DNA of 64,000 bases, from NCBI GenBank assembly GCA_905178155.1, contig CAJINV010000022.1, forward strand, positions 186,001 through 250,000, read 5' to 3'. Origin of the DNA: Amoebophrya sp. A120. Taxonomy: Eukaryota > Protista > Dinoflagellata. The notes below the pieces were generated by a model that saw only the letters and a program-made list of their open reading frames with translations, ran no database searches and was not told where the DNA came from. Of the stretch, positions 1 to 14,000 are shown piece by piece. Position 1 is the stretch's first letter. Each line of letters opens with the position of its first letter. The position numbers and the translations under genes are program-made.

Positions 1-2
1 CC

Positions 3-3000
3 GACCGAGCCTGGCTGTACCGGGTGCTTTGGGCGCTCACGCACTGCGCGCCAGCGAGAGTCGCGCAGGGGAAAACAGAGTATGACAAGCTGGTGCAGAA
101 AACGGGTGGTCTGCCTTCGCCGGATGCGTACCGGTACGCCAAACTCGGGGCAGAAGTGGTGGACGACGAGGACGAGGACGATGATGATGCGCGTTTTCCT
201 GACAAGGAGTTGAACAGATCCAAATCATTTTCAGCGTCATCCGGAGGAGCAAATAGAGCAATGACAGCATTCAATATCGCTGGTGGTCCAGCACTTGATG
301 TTCCTCCCACAGAAATAACATCAAAAGAAGACCGCGCGAACATCAAGCACCACAACCACAAGCCACGTCTGAAGTTCAAAGTAGCTCCCCGATTTTGGAC
401 CTTTCAATCAGAACCGCTTCCGCACTTTCACAGCAGGCTGGTGTTCGAGCTAGCAAGGGCTGACGCGGTGAAGCAGGCAAAGCTGAAAATGGAGAGAAGT
501 AGTAGAAGCTGCCAACCGGGGAGCTGCAAACGAGGTGGAGTAAAAGGGGGTCTTTCCGATAGTTCGCGAGCACGTACTTCTAAAAGAAGAAGCCACGACG
601 GGCAAGACGAAGACGACGATGTAGAAAAAAACGAGCCATTCCTGGTCAACACCCTGAAAGACGCGGTGCGGGGGATAAAGCTGAGGCCCGCACAATCGTC
701 GACGTTCGTGGGCCCGCTGTGGATTAACTCTGCACAGCGCCAGGGTGAATCTCAGGAGCCAGCACAGGTAGAAAAGTTTATCACTGCAGCCCTGCAGAAC
801 GACATTTCCTCTCGCCCCGAACAGGATCCGCGCCGCATGCAGCTGAAGAAAGCGCTGCAAAACATTCGGAACTTCTACGAGTCGGATTTTGGTGTGCCAC
901 GAGAATTTTTACAGCCAACAGGAGGCCAACGCGACGCGGAGCAAGCATCTGCTACTTCAGCTCCACAAAAAACGAAGAAAGAAAAAGACTTTGAGATCAA
1001 CATGACTATCGACGCCAACTGCGTGAAAAAGCGGCTTGCCTGGTGGGATCGCTTACGCACGTTGGACGACGATTATAAGCGAGATCCCACCAGTGAAGAT
1101 TCGTCGGGAAATGAGAAAGACAACCTGGAGCAGCGGTTTTTGCGAGCCAAATTTGAACAGGAACAGGGAATCAAGCGAGGCAAGCGCATGATCCAGGCGA
1201 CCATTCGGCAACAGCAGGAAAATAATGGTGGTTCTCGCCGTCGACAGCGTCAGGTGGACGAGGACTTTTTATTGTCGCACCAGAGAACAACTACCACTGT
1301 GTTCGCCGCCGCGTTCTACCGAGACGACCGATCAGGCATTCGTGCGGTTTTGCTGCGAGCCTTGTTCCAGGTCGTAAAAGAGATACGCACCGGGATCACA
1401 GATAACATTGAGTGGGTCGGTATCCACTGCAAATCTGTCTGGGTCTGGAAGATGGGCGGGAAAGTTGTTTGTCATGCAAATTGTCCATGTTGGCCCGCGA
1501 TGCCTGTGAGACGACCTGCTCCAGCTTCACAGCTTTCGCGAAGGCTTGCCCATGGTCATGCCTATCCTGCACGAGAAAAATAAAATGCCATCTCCGAGGG
1601 GCAAAAATCTGAGTGCTTTTGTTGCTCATGTTGCAGAAGTACAGGTTTTTTTATGATCGACAGTTGGAGGAATCACAAATCCCATAATTCTACTTTCCCG
1701 ACCCAGACGTATGAGAAAAAGCAGCACTTGTATGCACATCCGAGAAAAGATTTCGAGACACAGAAGCGAATCGAAACAACAAGGATAGCATGCGTGAATG
1801 AATGAATGAATGACCCAGACGTATTTGCAATGCATAGGCGGCACGGAGCTACATAACGGAGCAGCACTTCGACGAAAAGTTTTTGCACAGATTGCCACAC
1901 TATCAAATGTAAAAATGTCTGGGTCTGGAAGAATGCGCGATTTGTCATGCAGCTTTTCCATGGCCCATGAGCCCAGGAATGCGGGACCTAGCATGACAGA
2001 TTCTGTGCAATCTCTCTCATGCCTATCCTGCATGACAAACTCCCTCCCGACTTGGTCAAAACTGGACGACTTTTGGTAATCATGCAACACAGATTTTTGC
2101 ATGCTTCAGATTTAGCATGACAAGCTGCATTCTTCCAGACCCAGACATTTTTACATTTGATACACACGCTCGGACGCCACGACCAGCTTACTTCTACAGA
2201 GGGTCCATCTCATCACGGAGACTGAGTGGCGTGACGATGTTGATAAACTTCCTGGGGAACAAATCAATGCTGCGAGAAACGACCAGAGTCCTGTCACTGT
2301 TCATGAAGATGTTGTACTAGAAGTTGCTCAGGAAACTACATCAAATTCCTATTCCGACGTCGCGCAAAAGTACACGCAGGTCCCCGATGCGGACCTCTTG
2401 TTGAACCTTGAACTAGGCAACCTCCTCTCCGAGACAGCAGGCGGCTCTGCCCTTGGTCTTCCTATCAACTGTAAAAATGTCTGCGTCTGGAAACTTGTGA
2501 TGCTGGGTGGCGTCTCATGATGAGGCCACAAGTGCTGGCTCAGCATGACAAGTTTCTGAGCTTCTAGGTGTTGCCTATTCTGCATGACAAACGGCGTTTC
2601 TGCATCACAGAAAAATGGAGGTCTTGGGTAGCGTGCATGACAGATTGAAGAGTCATGCCAGACAAGCATGACAAACATGAATTCTTCCAGACCCAGACAC
2701 TTTTACATTTGATACGTCCACCCAGCCAGCTATTTTCTCGGAGAGATCATCTTCTTGCGGCGCGGGACGCCGCAGCACAGTCACTTCTGAGCCGCGCCTT
2801 TTTTCTGCCCGAGTTGATACCTGCGGTCGAGTTTCCCGGGGATACTCCTCCTGATCTGGTCCAGCAGCTACTGCCGACAAGCGCCGGCAGGATCCTTCAC
2901 TGGTGGGTGCTGGATGTCTACAGTTCCCTAGCTGGCTTGGACGTGGTATCTCTGCACGCGGTCGATGTTCAGCCGAAGATGAAAAAGAAAACTGCCACTG

Positions 3001-6000
3001 GAGCTGGACAGCAAAGCACAACTCCACAGCGTCCTCGCGCTGGTGGCATGGCTGGTCGCGCCCCCACCTCTCATAGCAGCAGCTGCACCAGCTCCGAAGC
3101 CGAGGGGGAGGCCGAAATCGTAAGGCAGCCTGTGGTCTTCACGATCTACCATGCGGCAACCCAGATGCGAGAAGGCGAAGACAGACGGTCTATTCGGGCC
3201 AAATGGGCCAGGAACTTCTTCTCGGGAAAAGTTCCCAACGAGCTGCTGGAAGGTAGTACTTTATTTGGATGCACACCTAGTAGAGCTAGTGATCGATTTG
3301 GATGAAATGACGATCGCGGATCATGACCACAGTTGTAGTTTTTGATGTCTCATAACTAGCATTTTGGTTTATTTGTTTATTTTTTCAGAAGGCGCAGAAG
3401 CACCAGGACCTCCCCAACATTCTATCAACATCAAAAACACTAACGCGACAGCCCCTCGTTCCGATGCTTACATGAACGTCGCCCGACCCGACATGCCGGC
3501 CTATGTGAGAACTCCTGCTGCCTCCATGAACGTCGCCCGACCCGGCATGCCGGCCTATGTGAGAACTCCTGCTGCCTCCATGAACGTCGCCCGACCCGAC
3601 ATGCCGGCCTATGTCTCCATGAACGTCGCCCGACCCGGCATGCCGGCCTATGTGATCGGTAGTTCCTTTGCCATTGCCGCTGCTGGCAGTCAACGGGGAA
3701 GTAGACAACAGCCTCCTCCTCATGGACGACCCGATCATTCCGCCCCGGCTGGTCTCCCCTACGAACCGGCTCGGATAGAGGTTGACACGACGTCGACGCA
3801 AGCAGAGCAGGACCTAGAGCCTTCGGTGGAAATATTTGGAGTACGACAACTTTTAGTGGAACAGGAACAGCGACAGCCTCCTTCTCGACAGCCTCGTGCT
3901 ACTAGCGCTCATGCTGAGCGACAAGAGCTGACACGAAGGTTGGCCGAGCTTCTCTCCGCGACGCCACGGCGTATTGTCGGACACTCTGGAAGACCTGCGA
4001 CGCTCCGGCGTGTTGTCGGAGACAGAGATAGCAGAACAACTGGCGAAGACTACTGCAGCGGAGCAGGCACGAAGAGCAAGAGTTCTTGCTGGGGGCCGTC
4101 CATCTTCGTCTCTTGCTTCAGGTTCAGCGTCAGGAAGTGTTGCAGGAGGTGGCGCAGCTGGTGCTTCTGGAGCGACGACCCTCAGCACAGCGACTCGTGG
4201 TAAAGCAAGCGCGCTTGTTGTTCCTTCTGGTGGAGCCGACGTGTCAGGCTCAGGAGGCCGTAGTTCTTACAGTGGCCTTCAAACAGGAACAGGAACATCA
4301 CCACCAGTACCACGAGGAATCCGATCCGCAGGAGCAGCAGCAGCCTCTTCGTCTTCACAGCCAGGTGCGCCAGCTCCATTCGGCGTCCACGGAAGTCGTG
4401 GCGCAAGAGGCCTCGCAAGATCCCAAAGAGCATTTGAAGGAGCCGACCCACTTGGGCCACCGAAGAAAGTTACCCCCGGTTCTGGTGCCGGAACCCAGTA
4501 CGTCGCGGCAGAGCCGGAGGTCGTCAGAAGGGAGCTGGAAGCACGTGTGTGGTGGCAGAACCAACTCTTGCAACCCCTACTCCAGCTGCATGCCGCACCA
4601 TCGCATGAATCCGAGTCGGAGCAAGCGCTGGGCCGCCTTCTGGCCGAACGAGAAAGTCTTCGCGCCCGGGGAGAAGCCACTACCATATCAACGCCTACAA
4701 GAGCGCGGCTAGCACTCCTCAGCGCGGAGGGTCTACTGCAGCAGCAATTTCGCCTGCAGGACCGAATGTTTCCGCTGTTACTGAAGCGCCCAGGTGCGGA
4801 AGACGTTCTGAAGAGAAACCTGCCGCGAACGCGTGCGGTTCAACATGCCGCCTTCCGTGCGGAGCGAGCAAGCGAGTCAGAAGCGGTCCGGCGCGTGCGG
4901 GCGCATTTGCAACGGGCGGTTGATCGGAGAAACGAAGTACACAGACAGGATATCCGCAACAGAACGCGAGTGGGGGAAGGAGTCCTAATGCAAAACCGAA
5001 TTTTGCAAGAACTGTTGCGGGACGCAGAGGCAGAAGATGAACTCTTGCGTTCTTCCTCTCTAGCCCCGCCGGAGCAAGAGCTCCGTCGCTTGTGGGAAGA
5101 GCGCTGTCAGCTTGTCCACGAGAGGCGGGCCACCCCCGCGATTCTGAGGGACCCGGATGGCATCGGCGGTGAGGTAAGACCGCAGGACGTGCCTGTGGAA
5201 GACCTCGAGCACCAACGGGAGCTGCAGGACCGGATGTTGCCACTTTTGTTACAGAGACCGAACGCCGCGGAGGGGCTGCGGACGTATCTACAACGAGTTT
5301 TTGAGCGACGAAGAGTTCAAGAAGAACAACGCCGCGGAGATGAGCCGCGTGGAGGAGCAGACGCGGATATGGATGAAGCTCAGCTGCACATACTAGACCG
5401 AGCGCGACAGCATTTGGCTCAGGCGGAAGAAAAGCAGGCAGGCCGCTCGGAAGCAGGAGCAGTTGTCACGAGTGGTCCGCAGGCCTCTGAAATTGCAGCT
5501 GCGGCCTCTTCAAGTTCCTCATCCAGTGGCGCCGCAGGAGCTTTTCGAGGTGCCGCTCCTGGTCCACCTCATCGACCGCAAGGCCCTAACCAGCCGGGAC
5601 AACTAGTGCCCTCGCCCAGGATAGACATAGACCCAAGAATTTTCCAAGGCTATGTGACCAGCCCAGAAGAGCAGCAAACTGCGATCCAGCTCCTGCAGCA
5701 GTGGATCGTGCGGCGGCCGAGGGTCGGTGCACCGGTCGTGGTGCACCGAGAAACAGCAGGAGGTCATGAGCGCGTAGTAGCACCACTATCGGCACCGATG
5801 TTGAACGAGCAACAACGACACCTGCAGGAGATGTTCGTCAGGTTGCTCGACCGGCAAGAGTGGACCCGTCCTTACATACTCCGCATCGCTGAAGGGTCCA
5901 CCTCCGGTGATCGTCCCGAACCGGTCCTAGAAACGTGGTCCTTGAGCGACAACCCGAATGTTCGGTTCTTGGTCAGAGATTTTTACACGGTGACCGAGGG

Positions 6001-6310
6001 GAATGGACAGAGGCAGCGAGCTGTGGTGGTCACCGGTTTTCAGCCGGGCGAGCAGGCAACTCAGGAGGGAAGAAGAGACCGCAGCGGATTGGTGTTTTCG
6101 CCGGAATACGAACTAGACCACCTAACAGTGTTTGAAGCAGTGGCGCAAACTGGTGCTCTTCCTGGTAAGGTGGTTTGGCACAGCCTGGAAAGTTGTCCAC
6201 CATCGGAAGCGGCACGGGAACTGCGTACCCAGCGTCAGCAAGCAGCAACTGCCGGAACTGCGTCCTCAGGAAGTGGGACTGAAAGTATTACCCATATTAC
6301 ACCACCATGA
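3..6310 (+). CDS. Large low-complexity hypothetical protein, 5'-partial, multi-exon; paralog of the next gene
   Basis: Frame is open from the window edge. Removing introners 1421-1836, 1901-2162 and 2463-2714 (each plus one TSD copy) and GT-AG intron 3253-3388 joins EWVG|TELHNG...QIAT|RSDATT...ALGLP|PSQLF...LLE|EGAEAP. One frame change near 3930-3975 into ORF 3974-6310 is unresolved. Confidence 0.65.
1421..1836. mobile_element. Introner, family A (GGGTCTGG TIR); long variant with (GAAT)n
   Basis: tatccactgcaaatctgtctgggtc...gacccagacgtatttgcaatgcata; TSD gtcgg/ggcgg. Confidence 0.85.
1901..2162. mobile_element. Introner, family A
   Basis: 36-bp perfect TIR tatcaaatgtaaaaatgtctgggtctggaagaatgc; TSD cacac/cacac. 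Confidence 0.95.
2463..2714. mobile_element. Introner, family A
   Basis: tatcaactgtaaaaatgtctg...cagacacttttacatttgata; TSD cttcc/cgtcc. Confidence 0.9.
3253..3388 (+). other. Conventional GT-AG intron
   Basis: gaag|gtagta...tttttcag|aaggc with a pyrimidine tract; joins ORF 2655 to ORF 3364 in frame. Confidence 0.75.
3471..3653 (+). repeat. Coding tandem repeat, 54-bp unit (MNVARPDMPAYVRTPAAS), about 3.5 copies
   Basis: catgaacgtcgcccgacccg(a/g)catgccggcctatgt at 3471, 3525, 3579 and 3618. Confidence 0.95.
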
Positions 6311-8057
6311 ACAAGATCGGAAACATTTTCATTTTAGCACGAACGTCTTTTCAGCAACTACAACTTGAAGTGGAGAACATAGAAGACAAAATGCGTTGTA
6401 CAATTTTTTGTGACGATGTTTATTTCAGGACCACGACCGCGGACCACGACATGCTGACTCAGCCGTAGTTTTATTGCCACGCTGATGTTATGAATGTGAA
6501 TGGGCCACAGGCTTTCCATATACTAGTGATCACGATTGATGAAAAGCACTGACATATTTTTCTCAAAAACGCCATGAGTTTTTTCGACACAAGTTTGTTT
6601 GGTCAACGAACAAATGAGCCCGTGCCACTTCTACAACACTAAGTTCCGTTCATTAACGCGTCTCTGACGATGAAAAGCAAAAGTACAAATGTATAATAGC
6701 ACAGCCGTCACACAGCGACCACCACAGCATGCACATTCAAGCGAGTAATTACTTATTGTTCATCGCAAGACGAGCACTACGTTATTTGACACAGATCGTA
6801 GTGGATCGACATGGATTTCGTGAAACACGAAAAAAATGGCGGTCACATGATTACGACCTCATGAAAGAATCTACGGAACTACAACTAGCCCAACTGTAGT
6901 ACAAGGAACTCGCACATGAGCTTTACATGATTGATAGGACCTGCTTCGCCGGAAGAGATTGCACGTGAAAGATGATGAACATCAATATGCAACTTTTGGC
7001 CGCGGCCGGCTACGGTGGCCACCACTGAGAAGATTCGGGGGTACACTCCTCGACGGTCGACATGTTTGTTCGTCAAATTGAATCAAAAATGATGTTTGTA
7101 CTTCACCGAAGAACGACGCAGCCACAGTCTGTCACAGATCCAGATCTTCGTCACGACCGCACTATTTGTATTGTATTTTTGTTTGACGAGCATGTTTCAA
7201 AAAAAATGAAATTCTCCTCGTGCGATCCCGATCTGCAACCAGTTGTACCTCGATCCGCAATAAACAAGATCACTAGAATATTAGCAGCTATCGAGACACA
7301 CATGAGCGATCAGGCCTGAAATTTTGGATTTCAATTTTTTGCTTTTCCCCTTGCTAACAATGATATTTTTGCAGACAAAATGTCTGTGCCCGTGTGTGTG
7401 ATCAAAAGTCAAAATGAATACCTCGCTAAAAAATCAGATCTGGTATTGGTGCATTCGATCCCGGTTGGTACTTGCTTGTATGCGATGTGAACGCTACTTT
7501 TTGTTTTTTTTTCTTCGAAAAACCTTTTCCTTTTTCTAATCATACCGCCAGAGTGCTTCTGATCCTTGGACTGGGATTTGCACAACAACATGTTGGATGA
7601 ATTACAATAGACCGTGATTGTGTACGAACTAGTACTAGATGCTACCCGCTTATTTTCTTGTGTAAGTCTAACTCTAGCACCGCCTTGCAGCATTTATTTG
7701 TTGTGATGTCGATGCGTAATTGAACAATTTGTCGTCATACCGTTCTTCCTGAGTCGCAACACCTTGTTTGTGTTTCATGGTTGATAGATAATTATCTTCA
7801 GCCGTGCATAGAAGTTTACCCACATAATCCTGATAATTATCTTCAGTCGTCATTGCAGTTTTTGTTAGCAATAAACGGATTTGACAAGAAGAAATCAAAG
7901 ATGTTGTCTCGGAAAACGAAAAACTCATTTGGCACCGCCTGTGCATGATCTTCTTGGTTTTCCATTTACCAAGATGCAACTACTACATGCCGAAAGAAGG
8001 GTGCCTTTAACTTTATTATTCACGACCACCCACCACCACCGCAAAAGAACCAGCACC

Positions 8058-11000
8058 ATGAAAATGCTACCCAGCAGGGGGATTCTACTCACACTGTGGA
8101 CTTTCTTGTCCCCAGGGGACCACCTTAGCGGGTCCGATTTATTTCCGCATAAATTCTTTTGCCACGGCAAAAAAGCTGCCTCCCCGGCGTCTCCCGCGCC
8201 GTCCTTTATCAGCGGACCAGCTTCGACGAGTCCTTATGCCGATGACGGTACCGGGAGCAGTTTCTATAGTCCTGTGCAGGAAGCACTCGACGGAGGACAG
8301 CATGATTTCGAAGTCCACAGGAGCAGGAGAGCAGGCTCCAGAAGGAGGAGTACCAGTACGAGTAGACAACGCTCCAGTGGCTCTGGTGGACGAGATGATG
8401 ATATGACATCAAGAACGACTTCTAGACGGTCTAGCCGAGGCCGAGCTGCAGGATCAGCAGCTACTCGTGCTTCACGACATCAAACAAGAGGGTCTACTAG
8501 TACCTCACCCTCATCAGCACGGAGAGAATCATCAAGAAGTAGGTCCTCGCGACCAGTAAGACCATCACCATCCGGAGAAGTAGCAGCAATACAAGCTACA
8601 CAGACTCCCACTCCGAAAAACAAAAGGGAAGAGAAGCTGGCTGCTTGGGCGAATCAGCTGCGGCACCGGCAGCTCTTGATCAATTCAGATGCAGAAGAAA
8701 CCCTTGCTTCACCCGCCGGCAGCACCTACTGGATCCTGCAGGTCCTTAGTGACGTGGTCAATCTTGCGCTGCTGCTTACTAAATCAAAAACGGAAGCAGG
8801 GGCTACACGAACAAATCGCTTAGCCAACGGCACCGGCTTTGCCTTCACCCCGACACTTCGGGCCGCCGTTGAGCGAATTTTGGTTGCTTTTGATAGCCAA
8901 GCCGCAGAAGAGCAGGTGTACTTGAGCCTAGTATCAAACTCAGTATTGACGTCGCTTGGAAGCAAAATCGCAACTTACAGCGCTTGCGAGCTGGTCAAGT
9001 GCCCGCTGGCTGTGCTTGCGAGAAGTGGGGAGACGAATCCTGATCAAGAGCAAGCAGAGGATGCTGCACTTCTGGTGGAGCAGCAACAGCCGGAAGGTGA
9101 AGCACAAGTAGACGATCTTGCAGACCAGAGAACGCTGTACATACCGACACTTCTGCACATAGAACAAACACCACCTCCTGTTGCATCAAGCGGGGCGAAC
9201 ACTGCTTCTGGTTCTGCTGCAGCAGTAGAGCCCTTGTCTCCTTCCTCGCGCTTACACGCCGTGCTGTCGCCATCCTCTCGTCGGAGGACGACTAGACGTG
9301 GTACAGGTACTCGTTGCAGCAAACAAGAGGAACTTCTCCTGGGGGTATCGCCAGTTTATTCCGCTTCAGAAATGACCAGGCACCGGCCTGATCTGCCAGA
9401 CCACGAGATCCCGCCTTCCTTAGACTTCGTCAGCGGTGGCAGCAGCAGCAGAATGACAGAAATATCAAATGTAAAAGTGTCTGGGTCTGGAAGATTGGAA
9501 GCCTTGTCGTGCATAATTTGCATGACCCATGACGCCTGTAATGCATGTCCTACCATCACAAATTTTTAGAACCCCTCCTGAAGCCTATCCCGCATGACAA
9601 ATGCCCTTCCTGCGTAGCACAAACTGGGCGCCTCTTGCTGGTCATGCAATACAGATTTTTTTAGAATCCAAAGTTAGCATCACAAGTTGCATTCTTCCAG
9701 ACCCAGACATTTTTACATTTGATAAGAAAGAACGCTGTCCAATTCCACCGGGGGCGCGTCCTCCTCTCTTTCAATCGCTGCAACAACCGCTGGTGCACCA
9801 TCTTCTCACCCGCTCCCTGGAACGGCGAGAGTTTCGAGTGCGGGTAGCATTGTTGCGGAAAGTTCTTTTGGCGAAGCTGAGACTGCCAGTGAAGGGCTGG
9901 GAAGTGGTAGCTCTTCCCGGGCGAGATCTGTTTCCGATGGGAATGGTCAGACGTCGGGACGAGGGGCTGCGCGAACACCTGCTGATCCCTCAGCCTTACA
10001 AAGGGAACAGCCTCGTTCTGCTGATGAAGAGCCAACGATCACCACGTATACAGGTCGTACAGAAGGAGCGCATGAACTACATCAAGATACTGTTCTTGAT
10101 GGCCACCAGCCACTGACAGTGACGCACCAACTTCAGACACCCTTACTACCTCCACTTCCGTCCGCCCACACTAGCCATGCCCAGCAACCACGTCCGCAGC
10201 GGCTCGATTCCCTAGACAGCGCGGGGCCAGCACTCAGCCCGAGCGCCACTTTCGGTTCCGCCCGAGGAGGGACCACTGCGACGTCTTCAGGCGGAGGAAG
10301 CGACGTTGCGTCCTCACTGCCGTCACCCTTCACAGGGGGCCACTACCACAGGGCCGGAAGCGGGGGACAAGGTTCTTTCGTGTATCCCAGCGAGGCGCAG
10401 CAGGAGCGAGACTTTTGGGAAGAAGACGATTTGTCGCAACCGCGTCTGGAATCTCTGATGCAGGATAGGACCACAGGTGGCTGGAGCCGGGCCTCCGCGA
10501 CCCGGATGCTAGTTGACAACAAAGAGCTTTTAGAACGATACGCCTGCTACACCTGTGCTGTGAAGGAGAATTTTGATGAAAAAGTACTATGTGGTGTGCC
10601 GACAGGTGCAGATGAACAAGCAGGAGACCACCACCACACGCACACTCGCCTTCAAAAAAGAACCGGCGACAAGCACGAATTTTTGATTCGCTTACCGATT
10701 CGGGCTTGCGCCGCCAGATCAAAAGAACAGCCCCAAACGCGTACTCCTGCAGCTGGAACTGGACTTCCTGCTTCATCTACTTCTTCCCCGTACTACCACC
10801 AGGGCATGTGCAGCTATTTCGACGGAAAATGTAACCATCCCAGCATTGCAGAAGGCCCGGGCTGCCAGGATGACCTGGGGAAGGTCGAGTATACCGCGAA
10901 ACGAGCGGAGCTCATGACCAAGATCGCTGATGCGAATTCAAATTCTACTTCTGGACGAAATACGGACTACGTGTTGGAACTGAAAACCAAAGCAGCAGCA

Positions 11001-14000
11001 CCGGCTTCTTGTCTGCAAGTGGTGAAAACCCCTGTGGGCAGCGGCGGCGCTCATTTGCAGCAGCAAAAACTCTCCGACGACCAGAAATACCTCGCCACTT
11101 TCGCGTGGCTCGCGGGATACAGCATTTTGGTCACGCACAGCAGCGGCACAGGGGCCGAGGAAGGTCAAATAACTACACAGCCGGGATCAGGATCAACACA
11201 AGCTCAAGCTGCAGAAGAACAAAGGCACGCGATCTCCCACCGCCCTGACAGTCCGGCATTGCTGCAAAACCAGGAAAGAACAGAAGTGGAAGAAGCGCTT
11301 CAACAAAAAGCCAAGTCGCTCAAGAAGGTTATCGACAGCAAATTTAAACACATGAACGAGGAAGATGGAAAGCTTCTGACAGAGCAACAGCAGAGGAGAG
11401 CAGGAGGACAAACACCCACCATTTCCAAAATTGAGGAGCAGTTTGCACAAATGGCAGTATCTTCAAAAGAGCGTGGTCGGGACGGCCCTCTCGTCGAAGT
11501 AGAAGATGATTTGTCCCAAATCGCTCCAGAAGTGGTTTTCGAAATCAAGGCGATTCTTCTGCGAGAAGTAGGGCACGAGACTCCCATGCCGAACATCACA
11601 GTTGTCGGGGGGCCTGCAGATGTTGCACCAGATCATCCTTCTCCGCAAGTGCTGAGAACTGCAAGTGCAACTGAAACCCAGAAAAATGCCATTCCCTTTT
11701 TGGAACAAAAGTTTTCTTCTCTGTCGCTCGTCGCGGGTGGGTCGAAGAGGCAAATTGAAAAGCATTTGAACCAAGTTGAAGAGTTTTGGGTGAAACTGCG
11801 GGACAACTTTGTGTTGAAAGATATAATTCCAACGAGACCCCCTGCGCCGACGTCTTCTCCAGCAGCCGAAGCGACATTTTTCGCCAATGTGAAGAGAACG
11901 CGACTTTTAGCCTTGCTTTCCTTACTCCGGGTATTGCGCTGGACCTGGCCGGAGTGTGGTTCCCCTTCGGTGACAGTCCTGACTGAGACTGCCGGTCCGG
12001 AGCAAAGAGACAGACAAAAACTGGCAAAGGACCTGTATCTGTTTTTTGTCCGAGAACAAGCAGGAGAAGGGTCTTCGCGGTTGTCACGGTTGATGTCCTC
12101 TAAAAGCGGTGCTGGTACGGGTAGTGTTGCAGGAGCAGCAGGCGCCGGCAGCGCCGAGCAAGTAGACCAGCATCCTCAAGTAGACCGCCACCGCACCCTG
12201 CTACAGCAAGCGGAACATCAGCTTCTCTTTCCCCGTTATGGATGTGTCAGGTTTGAAATCGACAAAGTTGAAATAACTTGTAATGCATAAAATCGATACC
12301 AGTTGGAAGCCCAATTTCGAAGCGGTGCATGACAAATTTCGGCACCGTGTAAATCCAGTTTGTCATGCTGTTCAGGGACAGAAGGCGTCTTTTGTCATGC
12401 TGCTTTAGCATCTCTGTCGCAGACCCCAAACAGGCTGACAGTCGGCTTCACCTGCCATCCCTGCAAGAGAGGCACTTTGTGCCTTGCATTTTATGCATGA
12501 GAAATTATTTCAACTTTGACGATTTCAATCCTGACATATCCATACCCGTGTGCCGAAACTCCTACCGGAAACCAGCAGTATGTTCGAGTTAGAACACGAA
12601 ACCTCCTTGCAGATGCGTTGCGTCGTTGCTGGTTTGCGGTACGAGCAAGAAGCTTCCGACCACGAGCGCGGTTTTTCTTCAGAAGATGAACAAAAGCTCG
12701 CTGGTTACTGGAACCGGGTATCCTGGGTGCTAAACTACTGTATCGAGAACGAAATTCAATATGTGCGATTAGGAGCAAAATGGGCGTCGAGCAAAGATGT
12801 TGCTGGTGCTTCCGGTTCTTCTGCTGCACCCGTGTATACACCAACTACACCGGCTGATGCTCCTGCGTATTCATCAGGTCTTTCTTTTCCTGATAGTAGA
12901 AGTAGTGGTCTCGCGGCAGCCGACAATATCATGCGGGTGGATCAACATCAAGATCAACAGATCCTGCCAAGAAGTCCAAAGTCGCCGAGCCGCTTGCAAG
13001 AAGGTGCCTACACCACGGAAAGGGAGTTCTTTGTCACCCGGAAATTCCGCGTTTTCGCCGATGAGGAGACGACCAACTTACAAGCACGGGCACTTTTCGA
13101 ACTTTCCCGCGCGGCGGTCATACGAAACGGCTCAAATAATGGTAAGACAACGCAAAAAGCGGACGATTTGGGGAAGAAGGCAGACACTTTTGTCATCCGG
13201 AAATTAAAACCCAGGACAACCGCCGACGCCATCCGGGAAACGCAGTGGAAAACGCGGCGCATTCCCTTCGGAGGACAGCGCCACCTGTCGCACGGCACCC
13301 CTACAAGATTGTGGCCCGCCGTCAGGGATATTTGTAAACATGCGGATCCGGAAAAAAAACAAGAGTTGAAGCAGTTTTTCCATCCGGAAAGGTCGAGTAG
13401 TGTGCAACAGAATATCGCTAGTACGGCGAATTTGCTATCGCTAAGCTACGGCTTGGACCTTTTTTTCACCGACGATACGAGTAGCGATTTTCTGAAGGAG
13501 TTACAGCTTCCGGTTTTTTCGTTTTCCCAGGATGGGGAAGACCTGCGAAAGTGGCTGTTTTCCTCCAGCAAGGGATCTAGCGGGGACAAAGGAAAAACTG
13601 GCAGTCGTGGCAGGAGTAACTCCGTCTTGCGCGGCGCACTTCGCAAGAGGAAGCGAGAGGGATTTCAGGGTGGGCCGCGAGATGGCAGCAGACGAGAACG
13701 CCAAAGCGATCCTGCGGGAGCACAACCACGATCCCCTGCTGAGCAGGACACAAGTAGTAAAGATGCTAAAGGAACCTCGCCGGAAGAAGCTGCAGCACTT
13801 CAACATCCTGACGAAGAAGCCGAGTCTCTCCGGCTGAGAGAAGAGCTCAACGCTGCACTCGTCCGGGCAGTTTCTGCGCTGAGTGCGGAAGTGGACCGGA
13901 TTAAAAACGAGGAAGAGAAAAATGCGAAGAGAAAAGCCCTGCAGAGCTTTTTGCTTCAGGGATTGGAAGACATTTCTCGAACGAGTTGGCGGATGGAAGT

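Noticed and set aside
2117-2320. Gene 1 ending at TAG 2320 using a 3-bp TSD (cac)
   Set aside because: The full 5-bp repeat cacac gives an open frame that continues through the next element.
1626-2678. Recurrent short ORFs with FQTQTF, LPDPDIFTFD, YECDTFA or CHA/MHDK peptides as a protein family or transposase
   Set aside because: They are translations of introner TIRs and motifs; I recognised no transposase motif.
3471-3653. CRISPR-like repeat/spacer pattern
   Set aside because: The spacers are identical, the repeat is in-frame coding sequence, the context is eukaryotic and there are no cas genes.
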